A DNA stretch of 64,000 nt from a virus (lineage: Duplodnaviria > Caudoviricetes). The notes under the pieces are model-generated. The model was not told the DNA's origin. It saw only the letters and a program-made list of their open reading frames with translations, and ran no database searches. Positions 31,161 to 44,171 of this stretch are shown piece by piece. Every line of letters starts with the position of its first letter. The first letter of the stretch is position 1. The stretch is taken from the IMG/VR virus record IMGVR_UViG_3300032303_001195, positions 1 through 64,000 of that record; one strand, given 5' to 3'. The translations under genes and the position numbers were made by a program.

Positions 31161-31298
31161 CTAACTAGCAAACTCGCCCTCTTCACGCATGATAGCGAAA
31201 CGCTCGCTAATCAGGCAAGGCTTACAGATAAGCCATTCACCATGTGCGGACACATAGACAGTCTCTACAGACTTTTCACAAACTTCACAAATTTTCAT
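31161..31298 (-). CDS. CxxC-CxxC micro zinc-finger protein
   Basis: MKICEVC...ICKPC. Confidence 0.6.
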   Translation of the reverse strand: MKICEVCEKSVETVYVSAHGEWLICKPCLISERFAIMREEGEFAS

Positions 31299-31315
31299 TT
31301 TGAGTTTTCCTTTCT

Positions 31316-31471
31316 TTACTTGAGAGCGTCAAGCATACGCTCGAACGCCTCTTCGGTTAGTGACACGGTAGCCATGCCGATTACGAATGGGTAAGCCTCT
31401 GTGCGAGACTTGAGGTTGTACTTAGCGACACAAGCGTCAAGCACCTGATTCATCATTTCTGATTTTTCCAT
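31316..31471 (-). CDS. Small hypothetical protein
   Basis: GAAAGG RBS, and a repeated 5'UTR motif upstream. Confidence 0.65.
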   Translation of the reverse strand: MEKSEMMNQVLDACVAKYNLKSRTEAYPFVIGMATVSLTEEAFERMLDALK

Positions 31472-31667
31472 TTTAGTTTTACCTTTCTTTAGCGAGTGAG
31501 ACTTATTTGCTCTGAGACTTATTTGCTAGGCTCACCTTTCGGATTATTTGCTAGGCTCATTCTCTGAGGCTCATTCTCACTCTGTGTAGTTTTTATCTTA
31601 TGTCTTGAGACTATCAGACATTATCTGAAAAGTCAAGCCGACACGCCGTGTTTGCGAAAAAAAGTTT

Positions 31668-31775
31668 TTATTTCTTTTCTGCCATGAATGCGACCATCAA
31701 GCCAAGCAATTCTTCCTGGCTCATGTCTTCCATGTCCTGAACACCTTCGGTGGTGATTACCTTCATGAAACCCAT
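31668..31775 (-). CDS. Micro-ORF (35 aa)
   Basis: GAAAGGAG RBS after a promoter copy. Confidence 0.6.
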   Translation of the reverse strand: MGFMKVITTEGVQDMEDMSQEELLGLMVAFMAEKK

Positions 31776-31997
31776 TTGGTTTCTCCTTTCTATCTGTAAA
31801 CAGACTAACAGTACCCACCGACATTCGACCCCCTGTTTTTCCATCTAGGGGAAATTTTTAGGTAAACATAAGGTAAATTCTTATCCACAAAGTTATCCAC
31901 AGGGGGGCGCCGCCCCCACCGACATTTGTCAAGTCGACACGCCGTGTTTGTCAAAATTAGTTTGTGGTCGATCCACGAGCCACCAACAGGCGACACC

Positions 31998-32144
31998 CTA
32001 GTTTCGGGTATCAGCCTCAGCGACTATGTAGTGAGGCGTAGTCATGCGAGACTCGCAACGCACACACACATAGGTAGGCATGGACTCCATCATCATCATG
32101 ATTTCGAGAGTAGCCTCATAGTATTCACAGAATGTACAGGTCAT
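31998..32144 (-). CDS. CxxC-CxxC micro zinc-finger protein
   Basis: MTCTFCEYYEA...VCVRC...IVAEADTRN. Confidence 0.65.
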   Translation of the reverse strand: MTCTFCEYYEATLEIMMMMESMPTYVCVRCESRMTTPHYIVAEADTRN

Positions 32145-32189
32145 AGTTTTCCTTTCTTTGTATTTACAGTATGACATAGGGTACTGACA

Positions 32190-32390
32190 CTACAGTACGG
32201 TCACCTTGTTTCCAAGGGTAGCGTAGGCAGTAGTGCCATTAGTAAAAGTAACCTGACAGGTAGTACCGTTCAGTCCTTTCACGTTAGCGATAACACCTGT
32301 GTAGTGAAACACAGGTCCAAACGGATAAGGCTTGTTGCTGAACGCAACACGCTTTCCGATTAGGGATTTGATTTTTTGAGTGTAAGTCAT
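32190..32390 (-). CDS. Small beta-rich hypothetical protein
   Basis: GAAAGGA RBS. Confidence 0.7.
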   Translation of the reverse strand: MTYTQKIKSLIGKRVAFSNKPYPFGPVFHYTGVIANVKGLNGTTCQVTFTNGTTAYATLGNKVTVL

Positions 32391-32629
32391 GATTGACTTC
32401 CTTTCTTTTTAGGAGGGATTTATTTGCTAGGCTCATTCCCGATTGGGACTTATTTGCTAGGCTCACTCCCTCGTGACTTACTTACAGTATCGCAGTACCC
32501 ACCGACATTGGAGGGCATTTTAGTAGGGGTTTCACCCTATTTTTAGGTTAACGTAAGTATAAAGTTCATCCACAGAGTTATCCACAGGGCGGCGCCGCCG
32601 CCTCAAACATTTGTCAAGGCGACACGCCG

Positions 32630-32859
32630 TTAGGCGTTCATTTTCTTTTTGGTCAGAGCTAGCAACTCTTCGAATTCCAATTCAGTCATGTACTCACCCT
32701 TAGCAATGAGCATGAGTTCTTGATAGCGTGACATTAGTTTACCTTTCGTTAGTGTTTTGATTTTAGCAGGTGGTACTGACACTAGAGTCCGAATATCTTT
32801 ACCAAGATAACGAACACGAGGGTTAGTACCGATACTGTGAATGAGACGATAGCGAGCAT
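32630..32859 (-). CDS. Two micro-ORFs (32782-32859 single TM peptide; 32630-32734)
   Basis: Each has its own promoter copy and GAAAGG RBS. Confidence 0.6.
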
Positions 32860-33534
32860 TTGAGTTATTACCTTTCTTTGTTATGACTATAGTCAATCAC
32901 TAACCACCGACATTAGCAATGCGACACGCCGATAAGTGAAAAAATAAAAAAAAGAAAGTTTTGGGGGTGTGTAGTGGTGTGCTCACTATAGTCGACCCCC
33001 CCATAGGCTATTTTTTCTGTATCGTTCATCTTTAAAAAATATTCAGATTTTCATCAAATCCAAAATAAAAAATTTTTCAGATTTTAGCCATACACAGATT
33101 TAAGAATCAGGATCACCAGGGTGTACGATAGGACAATAGCCACAGCACCTGCGAGGATCAATCCGATATTTTTCAGGGCAGACAAAATCTTCGTCATGCT
33201 GTGATTGTTTCGGGGGTACGGTTAACAAGTCCATAATGCAAAGCCCATATAGTAATAAGCTTGTATGAAACCTTCTGCTCTTTGCTGATAGCACGAACAC
33301 TCTTGGTTTCTAGCTCTTTAGCGAGCCAATCTTTGTTTTCATAGTTTTTTACTTTGACTGGATCCATTATTCTCTCCTTAGAATGAGTCGGCGTCAGGAA
33401 TTAAGTTTATGTCATGGCAAATGCAATATTCTGGATCTCCATTAAAGATGCAGACGCATTCTTCTGATTTGTTAAGGTTTAAAACTTCGGGGGTATCACA
33501 AGAACAATTACCATTACACATAGTAATAATTATA

Positions 33535-33729
33535 TCACCATTTACCAACAGGACATGTAGCAGCTTCTAGCTTTGTTTTAAGCTTCATGAAGCATCCACA
33601 CTTTGTACAAGAAACTGTTAGCTTATTCAAGAAAGGACATTCAAAACAAATTGCTAGTCTTTCTTTTTGTAATTCTTCTTTTGATCTAGGTTCATTTGGA
33701 TTCAATAGGTCCCAAGGCTTAACACTCAT
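33535..33729 (-). CDS. Small Cys-rich protein (DUF6171-like)
   Basis: RLAIC..CP...C..CGCFM..K......CP..KW. Confidence 0.7.
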   Translation of the reverse strand: MSVKPWDLLNPNEPRSKEELQKERLAICFECPFLNKLTVSCTKCGCFMKLKTKLEAATCPVGKW

Positions 33730-34133
33730 ATATCAAGTATAACACTTCGGATGGTTTATTTTTCGAGGGTATACAACAGCCAAAGGCTGTCTTGATCAAA
33801 CACACATAGTGATAATTACTCTTGATCAAACATAAGAAATCCCCCTATACTAATATAAGGGGAAATCTATTTGGGGGTTTGCTGGTTTCCGATTTGTTAA
33901 TCAAACCTGAATGGCATGACTGGGGTCTTATCCAGGATATCACAAAAATCTCATATCAGAGTAGCTCCGCTATCATACATATTTGTCTATTTGGATGTTT
34001 CATCTGTTTGGACATAGTGTATGGGGTACTTCTCGCCGCCGATTTTTACCGCCGAACAATAGGAGCTTAATTAGTTATATGTTATAAACAGGGTGTGGAT
34101 AACTTTATAAAATACCTGTATAATTATACTATT

Positions 34134-34436
34134 ATGCAGTGGTACGAATGGATTCCAATTCTATTAGGTATTATCGGTATAACCACAGCTATTCTTGCAG
34201 CAATCAGATTCTTTATCAAATATCATGTAAAAGAAGAGATGGAAGATATCAGGCATGAACTCAAACCAAATGGTGGATCTTCAATAAAAGACCAAATAAC
34301 CAGAGTTGAAGCCTCACAAAAAGATTTTGTAGAACGTCAACATCAAGATGATGCAAAGTTTGAAAAACGACTTGATAAACTTGAAAGTAAGATCGACGAT
34401 GTGCTGAAGATTGTTATTGAGAAACTTTCTAGCTAG
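34134..34436 (+). CDS. Membrane protein with coiled coil, possible lysis accessory
   Basis: N-terminal TM helix and ELKPNGGSSIKD motif. Confidence 0.7.
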   Translation: MQWYEWIPILLGIIGITTAILAAIRFFIKYHVKEEMEDIRHELKPNGGSSIKDQITRVEASQKDFVERQHQDDAKFEKRLDKLESKIDDVLKIVIEKLSS

Positions 34437-34593
34437 GATTCTTTATCCTATATTCTTTCTAGCCTAATATTATTCTCTTCCCAATTATTACAATTATACA
34501 CATACAATTACCGTTCTTGATATCAAAATCTCAAATATTTTATAACGATTTGATAACAAATACATATCGTTACCAATATGTTATAATTGTTTT

Positions 34594-34652
34594 GACTAGT
34601 AACCAGGGTTTCTCTCTCACACCCACTTCCTTGGTTACTAGTCTTTTTGTTT
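34594..34652 (+). ncRNA. Candidate hairpin small RNA
   Basis: TGTTATAAT 6 nt upstream, a 15-bp stem, a 20-nt C/U-rich loop and a U-tract. Confidence 0.55.
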
Positions 34653-34679
34653 TAGAATAAATGATATACTTATACTACT

Positions 34680-35065
34680 ATGAGTTTAAATTGTTGCCCC
34701 GAACCATTTGGTGCTGATCCTGCACAAATTACTTGGAATGTTGTTAGAGGAGATACAGCATCTATTGTTATTCAGTTTTTAGAAAACGATGAAGTTACTT
34801 ATACTGATACATCTGGTTGGGCTTATATAGCTACTGCTTATGATCAAAAAGCTGATGCATATTATGAACTAGATGTACTTGAAGATTCAGGATTTGTAAC
34901 TGTTACTGCATTACCTGCTGTGACTGAACAGTGGGGTACTGGTATTAAGTCTAAGGTAGCAGAATTATCATTTGATCTTCAAGTTACAACTAATGATGAT
35001 ATTGTTTGGACACCTGTTATTGGTGTGATTAATGTTATTGGTGACGTAACTGAGGTGACACTTTA

Positions 35066-35066
<1 letters not shown>
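34680..35066 (+). CDS. Probable virion structural protein
   Basis: Beta-rich (RGDT...FDLQV) and coupled to the fibre gene. Confidence 0.7.
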
Positions 35067-40038
<4,972 letters not shown>

Positions 40039-40039
<1 letters not shown>

Positions 40040-41034
40040 TGACTGGTCATTTAAAAGTTGGTGGTGCATGGAAATCTACTACAGCTATAAGTACTAAGGT
40101 ATCTGGAGCCTGGAAAACAGTAACAGAAGGCTGGGTAAGAGTTGGTGGTGTTTGGAAAAAATGGTATCAACCGTTCACTGTTGACTTTCTAGTTATTGCA
40201 GGTGGTGGTAGTGGAGGTCAGTCTCAGACTCCTGCTGGTGTTGCTTCTGGTGGTGGAGGTGCTGGTGGATACAGAACATCTGTTGGAACATCTGGTGGAA
40301 GCTCATCTGCTGAGTCAGCAATAACATGTTTTTATGGTCAAACATATACCGTTACGGTTGGAGCAGGAGGAGCTGGACTCAACGCTGGTAATGGTAACAA
40401 GGGAAGTGACTCTAACTTTGGAGACTTAGTAGTTTCTACTGGTGGTGGTTTTGGGCGTAACGGTACAAATAACACTGGTGGGTCTGGTGGTTCGGCTGGT
40501 GGAAACGGTGTCGGTACAGGTGGAACTCCAGCAACAGTAACCTCTGGAACAACTGGTCAAGGAACATCTGGTGGTCTTGGATACAATGGCGGTTCAGCCT
40601 CTACAGTTGGTGCAGGTGGTGGTGGTGGAGCATCTACGTCTGGACTAAAAGATGCAACAAGTACTAGAGCTGGTAACGGTGGAACAGGACTTGCTAACTC
40701 AATTACAACATTATCTGTAACTAGGGGTGGTGGTGGAGGAGGTGCTCCATCAACAGGCTCAACAACTTTTACTAATGGTACAGCTGGAACAGGTGGTGGA
40801 TCTGCTGGTACAAGAAGTGCATCAAGCTCTAATGCAACTCAAAATACAGGTGGAGGTTCTGGTGGTTCTACTGGTTCAGGGTTTACTAGTGGTAATGGTG
40901 GCTCTGGTGTAGTGATTATTAGGTATCCAAACACCTTGCCAGCAGCTACATCAACAACTGGATCTCCAGACATTACAAACACTGGAGGGTATAGAGTTTA
41001 TGTATTTACAGGAGATGGGAGCATAACTTTCTAA
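40039..41034 (+). CDS. Glycine-rich virion protein
   Basis: VDFLVIAGGGSGG...GGSGVVIIRY. Confidence 0.8.
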
Positions 41035-41288
41035 TGGCACACTTTGCACGACTTGATGAAAATAATGTAGTTATTGCAGTTCATGTTGTTAATAATGACG
41101 TATTAGACCCAGACAACGAAGAAGCTTCGGGAATAGATTTTTTGACCGAACTGCATGGTCACCAATGGTGGGTGCAGACATCTTACAATAGTAATTTTCG
41201 AGGAACATACGCTGGAGTTGGGTATACATACAACGAAGAGCAAGATATATTTATTGCTCCAGAACCTACAGAAGAAACTTTGTCGTAG
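41034..41288 (+). CDS. Conserved phage hypothetical protein
   Basis: MAHFARLDENNVV...WVQTSYN..FR..YAG.G.TY. Confidence 0.8.
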   Translation: MAHFARLDENNVVIAVHVVNNDVLDPDNEEASGIDFLTELHGHQWWVQTSYNSNFRGTYAGVGYTYNEEQDIFIAPEPTEETLS

Positions 41289-41308
41289 TTTGCTGTACAA
41301 TAGACTTT

Positions 41309-42355
41309 ATGAAAATAGCAATTTACACTATAGCCTTAAATGAAGAACAGTTTATAGAAAAGTGGTACGAGTCTGCAAAGGATGCTGACTACTTACTTGT
41401 TGCAGATACTGGTTCTACTGACAATACCGTTGAAAAAGCAAAAGAGCTTGGTATTAACGTTATCGGCATCTCAGTTAAGCCATGGAGATTTGACGTAGCA
41501 AGAAACGCATCTCTCGCACACATTCCAGCAGATATCGACTATTGCATTGCTCTTGATATGGATGAAGTACTACTTCCTGGTTGGAGAGAAAAGCTAGAGG
41601 GTATGCTAGAAAAAGGAATTACTCGTCCAAGATATAAATATACATGGTCATGGAATGAAGACGGTACACCAGGATTAGAGTATGGTGGCGACAAGATTCA
41701 TGCAAGACATGGATATGTTTGGAAGCATCCTGTTCACGAAGTAATCGTTGCTGATCGAATTACTGAGGTGCAGTGTTGGAGTGATCTTGAGATTCATCAT
41801 TATCCAGATCAATCAAAATCAAGAAGTCAGTATCTTCCACTTCTTGAGCTTTCTGTTAATGAAGATCCAACAGATGATAGAAATGCTTATTACTATGCTC
41901 GTGAACTATTTTTTGTCGGGGAATATGAAAAAGCAAACGAAGAATTTAAACGACACCTATCTCTACCAAAAGCAGTATGGCAACCTGAACGTGCAGCATC
42001 AATGAGATACATTGCAAAATGTGGAATAGAAGATGCAGAATATTGGATTAAACTTGCTATTAAAGAAAGTCCTGGAAGAAGAGAGCCATTAGTTGAATTA
42101 GCACAATTATATTATAAAAATCAAGATTGGGAAAATTGCAAAATATACTGTTTAGCAGCTTTAGCTATTAAAGAAAAGCCACTAGATTATTTGTGTGAAG
42201 ACTTTGCTTGGGGATATTTACCATATGACTTGCTTGCAATTTCTTACTATTATTTAGGTGATAAAGAGAATGCTTTAAAATATGGCAAAAAAGCATTTGA
42301 ACTAAATAAGTCAGATCAAAGACTTATGAATAACTTATCTTTTTATAAAGGTTGA
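41309..42355 (+). CDS. GT2 glycosyltransferase with TPR repeats
   Basis: NEEQFI, DTGSTD, FDVARN, LDMDE, PVHE, and TPR-like C-terminal half. Confidence 0.9.
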   Translation: MKIAIYTIALNEEQFIEKWYESAKDADYLLVADTGSTDNTVEKAKELGINVIGISVKPWRFDVARNASLAHIPADIDYCIALDMDEVLLPGWREKLEGMLEKGITRPRYKYTWSWNEDGTPGLEYGGDKIHARHGYVWKHPVHEVIVADRITEVQCWSDLEIHHYPDQSKSRSQYLPLLELSVNEDPTDDRNAYYYARELFFVGEYEKANEEFKRHLSLPKAVWQPERAASMRYIAKCGIEDAEYWIKLAIKESPGRREPLVELAQLYYKNQDWENCKIYCLAALAIKEKPLDYLCEDFAWGYLPYDLLAISYYYLGDKENALKYGKKAFELNKSDQRLMNNLSFYKG

Positions 42356-42427
42356 AAAATACTAAAACGTCTGGTATATTAGAACGATACGTTGAAACTA
42401 CGGGATGTCCCCCGATTGGAGTATTAC

Positions 42428-43006
42428 ATGTTACCTTTTATTTTTTCTAACCTTTTGGTTGCCGCAAATATTTTTATACCCTCGCCAGATGTGTGTGGGT
42501 CTATAACAAATCAAGAAATTGTTTATGAAAATACACAAACAATAGTTGCAACAGGAATTGAACTAGACGCAACTCGTGGTCCTGGAATTTATACGCCCAA
42601 CTTTATTTGGTCTGTAAATCACACAAAAATTGGAGAAGGATTTGGAGTTCCTCGTCCAGAAACAAATAGCATTCATATGGGATTAGATATTTTTCCTGGA
42701 GAAGGCTCAGAAATTCACGCATCTACAGATGGAACTGTTACCAAAGTAGAATATGGAACTGGTTCATATGGATATATGGTTGAAATTTATGACGGCTATG
42801 AATACTCGACACTCTATGCACATATGATTGCTGGTTCATTTGAGCAGTATGGAATTTCTGTGGGTACACAGGTAAAGCAAGGACAAGTTATTGGTCTTGT
42901 TGGTAGTACAGGACGATCATCTGCACCACATCTACATTTTGAAATTCATGATTTTGATACTCAAGTAGATCCAGTTGCAGTCATGGCAAAATACGCAACA
43001 AACTAG
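42428..43006 (+). CDS. M23 peptidase
   Basis: HMGLD, YAH, GSTGRSSAPHLHFEI. Confidence 0.9.
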   Translation: MLPFIFSNLLVAANIFIPSPDVCGSITNQEIVYENTQTIVATGIELDATRGPGIYTPNFIWSVNHTKIGEGFGVPRPETNSIHMGLDIFPGEGSEIHASTDGTVTKVEYGTGSYGYMVEIYDGYEYSTLYAHMIAGSFEQYGISVGTQVKQGQVIGLVGSTGRSSAPHLHFEIHDFDTQVDPVAVMAKYATN

Positions 43007-43039
43007 CATGTTATAATTAAATGAAGGAGAGTGATATTT

Positions 43040-44155
43040 ATGGGAATGAGAAACTCATTCGAGGGTTATCCAATTACAGATGATTGGGCAGCCCACAAAG
43101 CAAGAGGTTCCCTCGGCGGTACTGACTTTGGTACACCAGTAGGAACACCAATCTATGCACCTAATCCAGGTTATGTTTCATATGAAGCTGGCAATGGTTC
43201 TGGTGGATATATTATTACACTTGATCTAGGAAACAGTCCTGGATACAAGATGCAGTTTTTACACTGTTCCGCTTTTGAGGGCAGTGACAGAAATGTAAGC
43301 GAAGGCGAACTACTTGGATATACAGGTGGAGCAGCTGGAGCACCTGGAGCAGGTAGCTCAACAGGAGCACACGTACACGTACACTTAGTAGATCCAAACG
43401 GTGTTCGTGAAGACGTAATGCCTTGGTTTGACAATTCAACCCCTGGTTCAACCCCTAGTCCAGCACCAGCAAATGTTGACTATGTAGAAGTTCAAACACT
43501 TTTAGCACAGCGTGGGTACTACAAGGGAGATATCGACGGTCAGTTTGGACAACAGTCTTGGACAGCTGTTCAGACAGTATGTGCTGACTTCGGTTTCTAT
43601 GATGCAACATACATTGATGGCGTTCCAGGTAAGAACACTTACATTGGTATGCAGATGTATGCAGCTAAAAATGATAACTACCGTTACGACATCGATGGTA
43701 TTCTTGGTCCAAACACTTGGGCTGGGTTTACACAGTCATTGCGTGAAGATGCTCCAAAGCCTACGGTTGCACCTGTTGTTGCACCTACAAAGCCACACAC
43801 AGCTACAAAGCCTAAGCCAGTAACAAAGCCTAAGCCTGTTACTAAGACTAAGCCTACAACGACAAAGCCAAATAAGGAGACAAAGCCTATGCCTACAATG
43901 AAGCCACTTCCTGCAGATGCAACAAATGCGTCACACGATGCTCTTGGAATTCTTATTCCTAAAGCAAAGTACCGCCGACTTGCATATGCAATGTATGGTC
44001 TTGCTGCATTAGTTATCAGCAATGTTAGTGTTGCAATTATGGCTGGTGGAATTCAAGCACCAGTATGGTTGATCATGCTAACTGCTGTAGTTGGAAACCT
44101 CGCAGTTCCATTTACAACTCTTGCAATTGCAAACGCTTCTACTGCTCAAAAGTAA
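43040..44155 (+). CDS. Endolysin (M23 + peptidoglycan-binding) fused in frame to a holin-like domain
   Basis: GTDF, FLH, STGAHVH, IDG.FG/PG repeats, a Pro/Thr/Lys linker and two C-terminal TM helices. Confidence 0.8.
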   Translation: MGMRNSFEGYPITDDWAAHKARGSLGGTDFGTPVGTPIYAPNPGYVSYEAGNGSGGYIITLDLGNSPGYKMQFLHCSAFEGSDRNVSEGELLGYTGGAAGAPGAGSSTGAHVHVHLVDPNGVREDVMPWFDNSTPGSTPSPAPANVDYVEVQTLLAQRGYYKGDIDGQFGQQSWTAVQTVCADFGFYDATYIDGVPGKNTYIGMQMYAAKNDNYRYDIDGILGPNTWAGFTQSLREDAPKPTVAPVVAPTKPHTATKPKPVTKPKPVTKTKPTTTKPNKETKPMPTMKPLPADATNASHDALGILIPKAKYRRLAYAMYGLAALVISNVSVAIMAGGIQAPVWLIMLTAVVGNLAVPFTTLAIANASTAQK

Positions 44156-44171
44156 AAGTTAATCAAAAGTC

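Larger units (their letters stand above)
31503..32465 (-). repeat. UGAGCCUAGCAAAUAA 5'UTR repeats
   Basis: Plus-strand TTATTTGCTAGGCTCA at 31519, 31544, 32420, 32450, with a partial copy at 31503. Confidence 0.85.
30527..32586. promoter_or_regulatory. Paired DnaA boxes abutting palindromes
   Basis: TTATCCACA at 30527, 30549, 31048 (reverse), 31881, 31893, 32578. One-mismatch partners at 31058 and 32566. Confidence 0.85.
19828..32600. repeat. Dispersed GGCGCC-centred palindrome, 17 intergenic copies
   Basis: GGCGCC at 19828, 22143, 23328, 24574, 25496, 26283, 27053, 28032, 28455, 29096, 29365, 29664, 30078, 30562, 31070, 31906, 32591. Fullest form is GGGCGGCGCCGCCC at 30558-30571. Confidence 0.92.
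21138..32912 (-). promoter_or_regulatory. Repeated TGTC-box promoter (TGTCGGTGG/TGTCAGTAC-N8-TAnnnT), about 26 copies
   Basis: Plus-strand CCACCGACA or variants at 21138, 22033, 23257, 24250, 24500, 25420, 26252, 26902, 27038, 28016, 28396, 28828, 29038, 29350, 29625, 29808, 30007, 30088, 30482, 30976, 31815, 31916, 32181, 32499, 32773, 32904. Most are followed by an extended -10 and a GAAAGGA RBS or leaderless ATG. Confidence 0.88.
30106..32931. promoter_or_regulatory. Eight perfect CGACACGCCG boxes (GACAC core, WhiA-like)
   Basis: At 30106, 30501, 30995, 31098, 31639, 31935, 32620, 32922, all intergenic. Confidence 0.75.

Noticed and set aside
19828-32940. CRISPR array
   Set aside because: Repeats are short, degenerate and irregularly spaced (hundreds to thousands of bp), with genes between them. 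No cas genes are present.
19828-32940. Classical integron
   Set aside because: No tyrosine recombinase in the window and no attC-type RYYYAAC/GTTRRRY ends. The cassettes carry their own promoters.
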